From a virus (lineage: Duplodnaviria; Caudoviricetes): a DNA stretch of 64,000 nucleotides. The stretch's first letter is position 1, and every line of letters starts with the position of its first letter. Location of the stretch: the IMG/VR virus record IMGVR_UViG_3300035208_004923, positions 352,001 through 416,000 of that record; one strand, written 5' to 3'. Below are positions 30,703 through 41,632 of the stretch, piece by piece. The translations under genes were made by a program, and so were the position numbers. The notes below the pieces were generated by a model. That model saw only the letters and a list, made by a program, of their open reading frames with translations, was not told the DNA's origin and did not search any database.

Positions 30703-31297
30703 TACTATACAGCCATTCAGAAACAATTCTTTCGCAAAAAGTACCTCTTACTTCTTCACGTTCAGGATGCCATTGAACAAGCATACAATTATCGCCTGCC
30801 CACGCCATTTCTATAATGCCATCATCTGATTTTGCAACAGGATGGATATCTTGTCCCAATGTTTTTATTGCTTGATGATGTCTTGAATTAACTTCAGCTT
30901 GCATTCCATTGATTGCAATAAAATGCCAACTTGATTCTAAAGATGGCAGTGGCTCATTTGCAATTGCAACTGCATTTGCCGAATGATTTATTTTTGTTTG
31001 CGTTTCATTTAAAATGTCACCGTATAAAGTGCCGCCTAATGCAACATTTACTAATTGTAAACCACGGCAGATACCAAGAACTGGGATATTTCCGTATGCT
31101 GAACCAAACCATTTTGTTTCTCTTAAATCTCGTTCAAAATTTTTACCAATATCAGCTCCACCACAAAGTAATAACATGCTAAATTTATCGGTTATGAGTT
31201 CATCTTCGTTAAGTACATGGTATTTCAATTGACGGTATTCAAGCCATTCTAAATAATTATTTAGTTGATTCTTATGTGGCGGTGCAACTGCTATCAT
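30677..31297 (-). CDS. Class I glutamine amidotransferase-like / peptidase C26
   Basis: LLLCGGADI, PVLGICRGLQ, VNSRHHQAIK, VQWHPE triad. Confidence 0.9.
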   Translation of the reverse strand: MIAVAPPHKNQLNNYLEWLEYRQLKYHVLNEDELITDKFSMLLLCGGADIGKNFERDLRETKWFGSAYGNIPVLGICRGLQLVNVALGGTLYGDILNETQTKINHSANAVAIANEPLPSLESSWHFIAINGMQAEVNSRHHQAIKTLGQDIHPVAKSDDGIIEMAWAGDNCMLVQWHPEREEVRGTFCERIVSEWLYSKTFPSLCI

Positions 31298-31313
31298 TTT
31301 GCTTTCATTTAAA

Positions 31314-32186
31314 TTAATTACGTTTTCTTTTTTTTGCTGATTCGCGCATTTTTTGTTTCGTTTCGTCTGTTCGTTTTTGACCTCTCCTAGATTCTGCTGC
31401 TTTGTCTATAGATTCTTGCTTTTGTCTTACACCTCTTGTTATACCTACCAATTCACCTGATAAATATCTGGGGTCATCTCGTAAAACTTTGTATGTTTTA
31501 CCTGATGCGTCTTTAACCATTACCATTCCCTTTGATATGTTTACCAATTCCCCCGATAAATATCTAGGATCGTTTTTATCAACTTGTAATGTACAGCCAT
31601 TGGCATCTTTAACAGTTACTCTTCCTTTAGCAATACCCACCAATTCGCCAGATAAATATCTTACGTCGTCAGGTAATACAGAAAAATAATTGCCATTTGC
31701 ATCTTTAACACTTATACGTCCTTTAAACATGTGAATTAATTCACCAGATACATATCTTGGATCATTTTTATCAACCATATGATAATTATTATCTGAATCT
31801 AATGTTGGCACAATGCCTTTTGTTACGCCAACAAAATTCCCAGATAAATACAGTTCGCTGTCTTTACGTAATAACTTCACATTTCCGTTAGCATCCTTTA
31901 GTGATGCTGCACCTGTTGTGTGAAAGCCAACAGATGGAATATGATAGTTTTCATTTAAAGGATCTTCAATCCATTTTGAAATTTCTTCAGTTTCAAACTT
32001 AATAGCATCTTCTCTACAAATAAAGTCATCTTTAATAATTTCCTTTTTTAGTTTTGTTTTGTTAGGTTTCCAAGTTTTCATTGAACCTAAATAAGAATCT
32101 AGAGTAGGATGAACTTCTGAACTTCTGGAACCTATATAGAATTGTTTAGTTTCTATATGTTCAATTCGATATACATAATGATACAT
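31314..32186 (-). CDS. GIY-YIG-like endonuclease with five 32-aa repeats and NUMOD3-like tail
   Basis: YVYRIEHIETKQFYIGSR...YLGSMKTWK; DPRYLSGEL repeats; GQKRTDETKQKMRES. Confidence 0.8.
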   Translation of the reverse strand: MYHYVYRIEHIETKQFYIGSRSSEVHPTLDSYLGSMKTWKPNKTKLKKEIIKDDFICREDAIKFETEEISKWIEDPLNENYHIPSVGFHTTGAASLKDANGNVKLLRKDSELYLSGNFVGVTKGIVPTLDSDNNYHMVDKNDPRYVSGELIHMFKGRISVKDANGNYFSVLPDDVRYLSGELVGIAKGRVTVKDANGCTLQVDKNDPRYLSGELVNISKGMVMVKDASGKTYKVLRDDPRYLSGELVGITRGVRQKQESIDKAAESRRGQKRTDETKQKMRESAKKRKRN

Positions 32187-32229
32187 ACATTTAAATATTT
32201 TTAATTATTTATATTATATATCAAAATTG

Positions 32230-32269
32230 ATATAGGAATAAATTAAAGTTTAATATAGGAATAAATTAA
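32230..32269. repeat. 17-bp direct repeat (atataggaataaattaa) x2 at the endonuclease 5' boundary
   Basis: Copies at 32230-32246 and 32253-32269. Confidence 0.85.
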
Positions 32270-32368
32270 GTCTGTCGATTCTAAGATATGATATTTTAAA
32301 CCTAAAGAATCAAGCCAACCTGTATAATTTGGCATTTGGTTTGGATGTGCAGGTGCAAGTGCTATCAT
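32243..32368 (-). pseudogene. Orphaned 5' fragment of the glutamine amidotransferase gene
   Basis: MIALAPAHPNQMPNYTGWLDSLGLKYHILESTDLI aligns with MIAVAPPHKNQLNNYLEWLEYRQLKYHVLNEDELI; ATGA-coupled to upstream gene. Confidence 0.8.
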
Positions 32369-33084
32369 ATCTTAGGTGCTAATTTTCTAAAATCTGTTAA
32401 TAATAACTTATGTGTTTGTTTGAATCTTGATTCCCAAACCGACCAATCCAATGGCATTTTTTTAATAGCATCAAGATAACAGTTTGCTGACGAATAATCA
32501 ACTATTTTACCATGTGTTGCAATTTGAATACCAAATTCAACAATTCTTAAAGAATGAAACAATGATTTTTGTGCAATGTACGTTTCGCCGTCTGCAAGTT
32601 TCTTTTTTGCTTTAACCCATGAATTGCTTGATACTTGTGAAATTGAATGACGGAGTTTTTGCAAATTTAATTCAAATGTGTAATCGGTCTTTCCTTCAGA
32701 CATGTGAGCAGGTAAAAAGAAGCATTCAAGTGCTGAAATTTCATGATTATCCAAATCTTTTTGAAAACCTTTTTCATTATAAAATGTGAAGTTGTTTCCT
32801 AAAATTTCAACAGAATCAATTTTTTCTTCTGGTTGTTCACGAACAACAATAAAGTCAAAATCCGATTCGGATGTGTTACACCCATATACCCGTGAACCAT
32901 ATTGGAATTTTGAAATAACTTTTGGGTTATCTAAACCGGGTTCGCATGTTAATTCTAATTGTGGCGCATCAACTATTGTGTTGAATATGAAATCTGCAAT
33001 TGCAGTTTCAACTGCTGTTTCATTAGCCGCTGGCCTTCTTGCAGCATTCCACAATGCTTGTTTTTGTTCCTTTGTAAATATCAT
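32365..33084 (-). CDS. Pol-beta superfamily nucleotidyltransferase
   Basis: YGSRVYGCNTSESDFDFIVV (GS-x10-DxD), KSLFHSLRI. Confidence 0.85.
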   Translation of the reverse strand: MIFTKEQKQALWNAARRPAANETAVETAIADFIFNTIVDAPQLELTCEPGLDNPKVISKFQYGSRVYGCNTSESDFDFIVVREQPEEKIDSVEILGNNFTFYNEKGFQKDLDNHEISALECFFLPAHMSEGKTDYTFELNLQKLRHSISQVSSNSWVKAKKKLADGETYIAQKSLFHSLRIVEFGIQIATHGKIVDYSSANCYLDAIKKMPLDWSVWESRFKQTHKLLLTDFRKLAPKI

Positions 33085-34654
33085 AACTCAATGTCCTTTC
33101 TTTTTATCATGTAATCTGAAATTTCTTTCTTCGTAATTCTTTTTTCAGATAGCAATTGTTTAATGAATGAATCAAAACAATGTATCTGATATTTTCGCAA
33201 TTCATTTGATAAATTAAGTTTAACACACGTCTTTCTTAATCTGTTGATATCTTTTTGATAAGCAGATCTTGTTTTACTTTCAGAATCGTTTTTCATATTC
33301 TATTTTTCTCTATGTTTATGTAATTCTTTAATACGCTTTTCTTTTTCATTTTGAGTTTCATCATGAACTGCTTGCATTTCAGCGTCAAGTTTTGTTATAA
33401 CAGCAATACCGAAAGGCCAACTGTTTATTTTGTTGCAAAGTGTCAGACCATTTTTTTCAGCAAAATCGGCAATTGCATTATCAATAACTTCACCTATATG
33501 AAAACATGCATTGCTGTTAAAACCGTTTAATGGCAACTGTTTATCAATACTTATTTCGTCAGTATATAAGCAATCAACAGAATATTTTTTATCAGGTCCA
33601 AATCCTCCCTTTGCAAGATACACGTCAAATTCAACATATACATTTAAAATTTTGCCAGTGTATCTATGAGATAGAGTTCTTGTATTTTCAATCTCTGTAA
33701 ATTTATCAATAAAACCGATACGAATATTCGATTCTTTATATTCTTTATAATCCATGATTTAAAGTATTACATTCCACATTAAGTTACAATAATTACAGCA
33801 TTTGTCAATTTCGCTTTTTCGCATGAATTGCAATAAAGGTCGACCCATGTGTGCAGTTTCTTCCGCAATTTCATCAAGTTCATGAAATTGTCCACAATCA
33901 TCACATTTAACTTTAATTGTTGATTTATCAGGCAATAAGTCCATGTAAACGGATCTTGGAACATCTAGCCAAACATCGCCGAAAAATTTAACACCTACGT
34001 TTACACCGTCTTTGATGTAAAGCATGTCTTTAAAAATTCGAGATTCATCGTATGTAATGATATCTTGATTTGGAAATTTTGCAATTAACGCTTCATGAAT
34101 CTGTTCAATTGTTTGAAATCTTCCAGTTGAACTTCCAATATGCAAACAACAATAGCCATCTTTTCTTTCAAGATATTTTAATTCAGCTTCATCTGTTATA
34201 ATACGTTGCAAATCCTCGCCGTGTGAAGTACTCAAAGCATGTATCTTTGGCACATAGTTTTCAATTTCAATGTAACGGCAATAAAAATGTTCAGCATCGG
34301 CGCATTGTCCTTCGAATGTTGATATGTTTCCCACAATCATTATATTACTGTTTTAGCGTTAATAAACATTTCAACTTGATTGTCAACAATCATATGATGT
34401 AAATCACTAACATAAAAATGTTGTTGACCAAATAATTCGTTTGTTGCTTTTAGCGTAATTTTATAATCGTCAGCAACTTTATATTTTGATTCTGTTATTG
34501 TTGCAGGAACAATGTAATCAGGATCGTTACTGCTTGTGTGGGGAAAAAACCCAAATGCGGTACGAATAGGTTTCATTGGAACCATGAATAAACATTTGTC
34601 GATTCCAATTTCAAGAATTTTACTTGTCAAATCGTGTAATTTGTGGTCAGTCAT
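33081..34654 (-). CDS. Four hypothetical ORFs (33081..33296, 33300..33755, 33759..34340, 34340..34654)
   Basis: ORF track. Confidence 0.65.
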
Positions 34655-34678
34655 AATTTTTTAAATTGTTAATTGTTT

Positions 34679-34717
34679 AAAATCAAATATACAACATTAA
34701 TGCAGCAATAGCAATGG
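34679..34717 (-). promoter_or_regulatory. Class I promoter repeat
   Basis: aaaatcaaatatacaacattaatgcagcaatagcaatgg. Confidence 0.8.
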
Positions 34718-34724
34718 TTTATGA

Positions 34725-35261
34725 TTAATATTTTGCAGGAAATGTTTTTCCTTTGAAAAACGGAACAATGTACATTTTAGCGTGCGGTACGTTTTCGTGT
34801 TTTCTTTCAAGATCCGATATTGCTTGTTCTGCACTTTCAATTGATTTGTAATTTTTATACTTATAGAATTCACCGGTTGTTTCGTTTCCGATAACAATTG
34901 TGTGCGTAAATAATGCATATTCTGCAAGATCTTTTTTCGATTGTTCTAATCGTTTTTCTTGTTCTTTTTTATCAATTTTGTTTGGAACTTCATTTGCAAT
35001 AAATAAAGTTGAATGATTCCATATCATTCTATAAAAATACATGCTCATAACTTATGAATTAATGATTTGACTTTTAAAGATATATTTACTGTTTAACATT
35101 AATGGAGGAAAATAAATTGGCCTTCCGTTTAAATCGGTAATATTTCCAATCGTTAAATAATTAATGTTATCTTGCCAAATTGTTCCTAAATAAATTTTAT
35201 CACTTCCAATACTTGGGTGAAATTTGATTTGTTTTTGGTTTTGGTTTTTGCTGATTTTCAT
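34725..35261 (-). CDS. Two hypothetical ORFs between class I repeats (34725..35048, 35052..35261)
   Basis: ORF track; ATG start at 35261 preferred. Confidence 0.6.
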
Positions 35262-35285
35262 AACGATTGTTTTTATCAATTGTTT

Positions 35286-35321
35286 AAAATCAAATATACA
35301 ACATTAATGAAGCAATAGCAA
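35286..35321 (-). promoter_or_regulatory. Class I promoter repeat
   Basis: aaaatcaaatatacaacattaatgaagcaatagcaa. Confidence 0.8.
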
Positions 35322-35343
35322 ATATTTATGATAAAATATAACT

Positions 35344-35377
35344 AAAAAATGCAAGGGCATTTCTACCCTTGCATTTT
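35344..35377 (-). terminator. Intrinsic terminator after SPFH gene (possibly bidirectional)
   Basis: aaaatgcaaggg-loop-cccttgcatttt inverted repeat with A/T tails. Confidence 0.85.
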
Positions 35378-35402
35378 ATTTCATATTGCAATATGCAATA
35401 AT

Positions 35403-36230
35403 TTATTTCACCGGAAATGTTGCAGGCACATTAGCACCTTGAATAAACGTAATTGTTACATTTTTATGATCTTTTAACAATTCAACTTGTTCTTTAGTAA
35501 TTTCAAGTTGTCGAATATGTGTATACTCGGCAATTGTCATTCCCATCTGATTCATGTATGCCTTATCCGCAATTGCTTTATTTATTTCCGCTTGTTTACG
35601 AGATAATTCAGCTGTTGCTCTGGCATTTTGTGTAAGAACAGATTGATTTTGTGCAGCAGTATTTTTTGTTTCTGTTAATACCTGGTCTGGTGGCGTTATT
35701 GCACCAATTGATACCTTTACTACATCAACAGGCAGGTTTATCGACTTTACGTATGCAACCATGCCATCAAATAATTTTGTTTCAATTTGAGTACTTATCA
35801 TTCGGTTACTTGATAATTCAAACATTTTGTATATACATGATTTGTCACGTACCATTGTTCTGAAAGTCGATTGAACATTATTAAGATACCAAGCTATTCC
35901 GAAATCCTTATATAATCGTGGAGTTTTACCTGTCTGTATTCTTAATGTTATATATGCGCTAAACGATACTGGCGTATTGTCTGCGGGAATCATATTTGTA
36001 AAATCCTCAGTATACATAACTGGAGTAATAACAAATTCTTGATGGTCGGTTGAAAACATACACCATGTTGAACCTGTATTTATTGCGTAATCATCGACAC
36101 CACCATGTCCAAAAATTATAGGTTTATACACTAAAACAGATTCCTGTCCCGGGTCTGGCTTTACTTGATAACAACTTTGAAGAGAGAAAAGCATGCACGT
36201 AGCTGCTAGAATTAAAATTAATTTTTTCAT
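35403..36230 (-). CDS. SPFH/Band 7 domain lipoprotein
   Basis: Signal peptide with LQSC lipobox; V.PDPGQESVLV.KP, FRTMVRD, coiled coil AELSRKQAEINKAIAD. Confidence 0.8.
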   Translation of the reverse strand: MKKLILILAATCMLFSLQSCYQVKPDPGQESVLVYKPIIFGHGGVDDYAINTGSTWCMFSTDHQEFVITPVMYTEDFTNMIPADNTPVSFSAYITLRIQTGKTPRLYKDFGIAWYLNNVQSTFRTMVRDKSCIYKMFELSSNRMISTQIETKLFDGMVAYVKSINLPVDVVKVSIGAITPPDQVLTETKNTAAQNQSVLTQNARATAELSRKQAEINKAIADKAYMNQMGMTIAEYTHIRQLEITKEQVELLKDHKNVTITFIQGANVPATFPVK

Positions 36231-36267
36231 TTGATTAAGATAAGAATAAATTGGTTAATAAACTAAA

Positions 36268-37019
36268 TTAAATTACATTGAATTTCACACGATACAGTAA
36301 GCCTTCAGGTCCTGTTTCTGAGTTATACGGATTTTTCACGATTGCAGTTTGTCCTACTTCGATAGTTTCATCTAAGCCGTAGCAATCAATTGCGATATCG
36401 CAATCTTCAGTTGCTTTGCCACCTGGTGTGCCATCTTCTTTTTTTGTTGACCAACAGTCAATCATTACGTTTGGTGATTTTTCAATAATCGCCGAAATTT
36501 TGCGGATAGCCGCGAATCTAAGTTTTGCCATTTTGTTTTATTTAAAGATTAATTTTTACTTACTGTTAGGTTTTATTCTACGGTTTAACAACTTAATATC
36601 CGTATTTAGACTATTGAGAACTGCAGCAATACCGTTTTTAAACATATCTTCATCAGGTTTTTCTGACAAGAAAGCTTGAAAATAATCTAAGCTTTTCTTC
36701 AATTCGATAACGTCATCAATGTATTGTTGTTTTAATGTTTTCTCTGGCATGATTAAGATTTGAAAGGTTGAATTATGTATCCTGTATAATCCGAGCAATT
36801 ATCTTCTGGATTGTTATATTTTACTAATGTTGTCCATTCATCGTCCCCATTGTCATTAATTATAATGTCGTTATAATCAAACATGCAACCGTCGGCCCAT
36901 GTTTCAGCATCGGCTTCAGTATAAAACTTTTGTTTAACAACAGTTTCATTATCACAACAATCATAAAATACAACTTCGAAAAGTGAAGTATCGGTATCAT
37001 TTATCAATTGCTCTGCCAT
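36268..37019 (-). CDS. Three small hypothetical ORFs (36268..36531, 36556..36798, 36753..37019)
   Basis: ORF track. Confidence 0.6.
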
Positions 37020-37039
37020 AATTTGTTTGTTTAATTAAT

Positions 37040-37078
37040 AAAATCAAATATACAACATTAATTAAGCAATAGCAATAG
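37040..37078 (-). promoter_or_regulatory. Class I promoter repeat
   Basis: aaaatcaaatatacaacattaattaagcaatagcaatag. Confidence 0.8.
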
Positions 37079-37092
37079 AAATGCAATATATT

Positions 37093-38513
37093 TTATGGAA
37101 GTACTTCTATTTCTCTAACGTACCAGTCTTCATAAGAACCGAATACATTTGGATTTTCAGCAGTAAATTCAGGATCCATTAGTTTACATTGATTATCAAA
37201 TTCCAAAAACTTTTTATACTCTTCAGCTTTATGTTCTTCCATTGCTTTAATAGCACCTGCTTCTGAAAAATGAATACTTACAGTTCCACCAACACTTTCG
37301 CATGTATCTGAATTATAGCAAAATTCGTACAATATTGTTTTTTCAGTCATCAAGCATTATTTTTAAGTTAAGTAATTCAATTTTTGTTCTTTTTAATTCG
37401 TCATTTGCAATTTTTATTTCTTCAAGTTTTTCAAGAAATAATTCATAAGCAAAATTGATTAGCGCCTTTTCAGATTCGGTTAAATCATCAACGGATACTG
37501 TGATTTTATCCGCAAACATTTGAATGTATTGTTCTTTAAGACTTTTTACTTCTTTCATACCGAATTTTTGTTGATTCAGATGGTGAAAACGTTAATCTTA
37601 TAGAATCATAATACTTTGGTAATGTATTACCAGTCGTTACCCAATTCGATATGTCATCTGATTCATCAAGTTTAATTGGAAACTTTAAATCATCATAAAT
37701 GATAAATGCGGCTGCAACGTAATCTTTGTATTTTGAATCATTACACTTTTGTATAAACTGAATATCAAAAGGATACATACCTTCAGGCATCATCAATGCA
37801 ATTTGTTCTTTTATTGCTTCTCTATAATTTAAAGAATCTGATAATTCAATAATCGGCCATCCCAAATTATTACTAGTAACTGTGATTTTCGTTTTTTTAC
37901 TTTTATGTATTCAACAAACACGTAACGGCATTCTGGATTATGACATTCGCAATTAACATATTGTTCACCATGACTACTGATTTTTACGTCAGAATTCATT
38001 GTGTGACGTTGTCCACAATGGGGACATTTTACGCATTTTCTGTGTAAGAGATTATATAACCAACTCATATAAGTTTTTAGTTATATATCAACACATAATT
38101 TTTTCAATTTCGTAGCCGCCTGCTGCAATTTTATCTTGTTCTTTCCATCTGTTGATTAAAGTGTATGCGTCGCTTATATCGGTATAATACATGCCGTCAT
38201 CTCGCATTCTACGCCATTGTTCAACAACTTTAACTCCATTGAAATATCCGCCCCAATACATCGGGTAATAGCGTTTAAACGATTCATCTGGACGTTGTTC
38301 AACTGAAATACAATATTTCTTTTCCATTTACACGCCCTCCGCATCTTTAAATGCAGCTCGCCAATGTTTGCCTGCCTTTAAATTTGACATTAATGCATCA
38401 CGTTTCTTCCATCTGCAAATATCCCACCAAATAATGGTGAACATTTCTTTTAACGTAGCATATTCTAATGCTTCAGTTAACATTTTTTTATCTTCTTTTG
38501 TGTATTTTGACAT
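37093..38513 (-). CDS. Six small hypothetical ORFs; 37829..38068 has an Ogr/Delta-like Zn finger
   Basis: CPHCG...YVNCECHNPECRYVF in 37829..38068. Confidence 0.6.
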
Positions 38514-39241
38514 TATTCAACTTTTTTATGATATTCGATAAGTTCCCATTTTCCTTCATAAGTTTCAACAAGCGCTGTACAAGATTCACACCAATCGCCA
38601 GAATTCATGTATGAATCTTTAATTTCGGCGTGATGAATATGACCGCAAATTGCAGTATCAGCGCCATTTTTCTTTGCTAATTTTATTGCATTTGATTCAA
38701 AATCATTTATAAAATTAGTAGCTTTTTTAATACCACTTTTAATATCTTTTGATATTGAATAATATGGCAATCCTCGTAATGATCTATACCAATTGTATCT
38801 CCGGTTTATCCAAAGTAAAAAGTCATATCCTATTGAACCTAATATGCCAATCCATTTTGCTTTTGTAATAAAAAAATCTAGTACATCGCCATGAAACACA
38901 AAATACTTTATATTTTCAGATTCAAAAAAGTAATTGTCGCATACTTTTATGTTACCAATAATTAACGGCAAAAAATCTTTAACAAATTCATCGTGATTTC
39001 CTTTAATCCAAATTATATTTGTTCCTTTTTGACTGTATTTTAAAATTCTACGCAATACTTTTGTATCTCGTTTTCGCCATTGTCCACCACGTTTTAATGA
39101 CCAACCATCAATGACATCACCATTTAGAATCAATTCATCGGTTGAATTGAGTTCTAAAAAATTTGCAATATCATCACCTCTGCTTGCTTTTGAACCAAGA
39201 TGTAAATCTGAAATTATAATTCTTTTATACCTCATTTCCAA
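38513..39241 (-). CDS. LpxH-like (UDP-2,3-diacylglucosamine hydrolase family) metallophosphoesterase
   Basis: ISDLHLGS, GDVIDGW, GNHDE, HGDVLD, CGHIH, NSGDWCESCTALVE. Confidence 0.88.
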   Translation of the reverse strand: MEMRYKRIIISDLHLGSKASRGDDIANFLELNSTDELILNGDVIDGWSLKRGGQWRKRDTKVLRRILKYSQKGTNIIWIKGNHDEFVKDFLPLIIGNIKVCDNYFFESENIKYFVFHGDVLDFFITKAKWIGILGSIGYDFLLWINRRYNWYRSLRGLPYYSISKDIKSGIKKATNFINDFESNAIKLAKKNGADTAICGHIHHAEIKDSYMNSGDWCESCTALVETYEGKWELIEYHKKVE

Positions 39242-39948
39242 TAATTATGATCTTTTGTAAAGAACTCAGCATTATTTCTATTAAAATAACTTAATATCAT
39301 CATTTTAACCATGTAACTTAAACCTTTCGATTTGAATCTTCTTGATGTTGTATAAATTTTATCGTTATGAACATAAAAATCTTTAGGCAAAATGTTCATA
39401 GATAAATGGTAATCTTCAGCAAACTTATCATCGTTTTTAAAACCACCAAGCAAATTGAATGTTTCTGTTTCAAATAGCATAAAACCGCCAATAGCAAATG
39501 GCTTTGAAAATTTCGTAAACCATTGAATAACATCAAATGTTTGATACACGAAATTATATTCGCCATCTATAACTCTAAATTTACAAGTTGCTAGTTTGGC
39601 CTTACGATTTACAACCTCTCGAATTAAATCAGCAAGCAATGTAACATTCCGTAAATAAATATCTGCATCTAAAAATAAAACATACTGTGTTTTAACAAGT
39701 GCTGCACCAGCATTTCTTCCTTGTGCAGGATACCCGCCTTTAATTATTGATATGTTAATATTTTTATTTTGCTGTGATTCAATACATTCATGAGTAAAAC
39801 CTGCATCGTCAGAAACATCAGCTATTATAACATTAGTTCCTTTGATATTAAATTGAGCATTTAGAAATTCTAATGTTTGTTTTATTATTAGTCCTTCGTT
39901 TTTGCATGGAATGACTATTGTTAGCAAGTCTTTAAAATCATTTATCAT
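39232..39948 (-). CDS. Glycosyltransferase family 2
   Basis: TIVIPCKNEG, GRNAGA, LFLDAD, GGF...AED, TSRRF. Confidence 0.9.
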   Translation of the reverse strand: MINDFKDLLTIVIPCKNEGLIIKQTLEFLNAQFNIKGTNVIIADVSDDAGFTHECIESQQNKNINISIIKGGYPAQGRNAGAALVKTQYVLFLDADIYLRNVTLLADLIREVVNRKAKLATCKFRVIDGEYNFVYQTFDVIQWFTKFSKPFAIGGFMLFETETFNLLGGFKNDDKFAEDYHLSMNILPKDFYVHNDKIYTTSRRFKSKGLSYMVKMMILSYFNRNNAEFFTKDHNYWK

Positions 39949-40378
39949 TTAGCTATTTGATTTGAAATTTTTCATCTCGCCGCATTTTTTGCAACGCATA
40001 ATATAAATTCGTATTAAAACAGCACTCCACATTGACTTACCGTCAAGTGTGTCATGCACGTCCCATTCATGAATACATTCCGAAAAACCTGCGTAATGTA
40101 CTTTACCACAATTTTTACATGTTTGATAACCATGGTCATTTATTTCGCCCCATGTGTGTTTGCAAAAAAATTGCGAAAAAAAACTTGATGCTTTACTCAT
40201 TTTCAACTTTATTTAATAGTTCTTTCAATTCTTTAATGCTAATGGATTTACCTATAGTTTTACCAGTTCCACCGCATTGATAACATATGTTATCATATAT
40301 GTGAGGCGGCCGTGAATATCCTGTGCCATTGCAATTACTGCAAACAAGAACTGTTGCTATTCTAATATTTTCTTCCAT
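39949..40378 (-). CDS. Two small Cys-rich ORFs (39949..40206, 40193..40378)
   Basis: CxHxW...CxxCG repeats; CSNCNGTG...CYQCGGTG. Confidence 0.65.
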
Positions 40379-40393
40379 TATTTTATTTGTTTA

Positions 40394-40419
40394 TTATATA
40401 CATTACGGTTTGTTAGTTT
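40394..40419 (-). promoter_or_regulatory. Class II promoter-like motif
   Basis: AAACT-N11-ATGTATATAA. Confidence 0.65.
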
Positions 40420-40587
40420 GTAGTTTCAGCTAACAAATTTGACATTTTCTTATAATTATTTACTATTTTTGCAAATTTGTAAATGTTTGGAATATCTTCT
40501 ATTGGGTCAAGATCGTCCAAAATCTTGCATGAACCGAATGCATCTTTTATTTCGGTTACAAATTCGTAAATGTCAAGTTCGCTCATG

Positions 40588-41632
40588 TTATTCGTATTTG
40601 AAAGATTGCCCTGCAGCAAGATTGATAATTGATAAATAAAGTAAGTCAATTGTTGCTTGTATGTCATCTACGTGAACAGTTTCAACTGTTGTATGCATAT
40701 ATCTTAAAGGTAATGAAAGTAATACAGATGGACAACCACGAGGATATGCATATGAATCTGTATTTGTTCCTGTGTACGATGAACTTGCTTGCATTGTGTA
40801 TTTAATCGAATTATCTGTACCGATTTTCTTTACATAATCTAACAAGTTATTATGAACTGCTGGTGCAACTGTTAAAACAACGCCATCACCTGCTTTGTGT
40901 TCTTTGTTTTTATATGCTGGTGAAGAATCTTCGTGTGTAACATCAATGATAAATGCAACATCTGGTTTTGCTTTTCTTGCAGCCATTTCAGCACCTCTTA
41001 AACCAATTTCTTCTTGAACCGAATTGATTGCAATTAATTGAAAAGGCAAGTCAATGTTATTTTCTTTTAATTTTTTAAGAACTTCAATTGTTATAGTTCC
41101 ACCTATTTTGTCATCAAGTGAGCGACCAACAATAAAGTTTTTACCTAATTCCATGTAACCGTCTTGAAACGTTGCAACTGTTCCAACTTCAATTCCCATT
41201 TCTTTTGCTTCAGTATCACTTGAAACACCGATGTCAATAAACAAACTGTCCAATTTTACCTTGTCTGGTCTGTCATGAATATGAATTGCAGGATGACCAA
41301 AAATGCCTTCAACTTTTCCTTTTGTACCCCAAATATTGACTCTCATAGATGGCGCAATTTGCTGGTCAGAACCGCCATTTCTTATAACTGATAGGAAACC
41401 TTCTTTTGAAATTTTACTTACATACCACGAAATTTCATCGCCGTGCGCATCCATTATTACAGTGTACTTTGGATTGTTACCTGTAACCGCATACGCATTA
41501 CCGTAATTATCAGTTGTAACTTTAGCATATTTTTTTTGCTTCTTCAATCCAAACTTTTTGTCCACCCAATTTCATTTCAAATCCTGTAGGCGATGGCGTC
41601 TCTACATATTTCTTTATAAAATCTCTATTCAT
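40588..41632 (-). CDS. M42 family metallo-aminopeptidase; 5' end frameshifted in an A8 run at 41530-41537
   Basis: MNRDFIKKYVETPSPTGFE from ATG 41632; then DAHGDEI, SLDDKIG, QEEIGLRGA, IDVTH, GTNTD, LRYMHTTVE. Confidence 0.85.
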
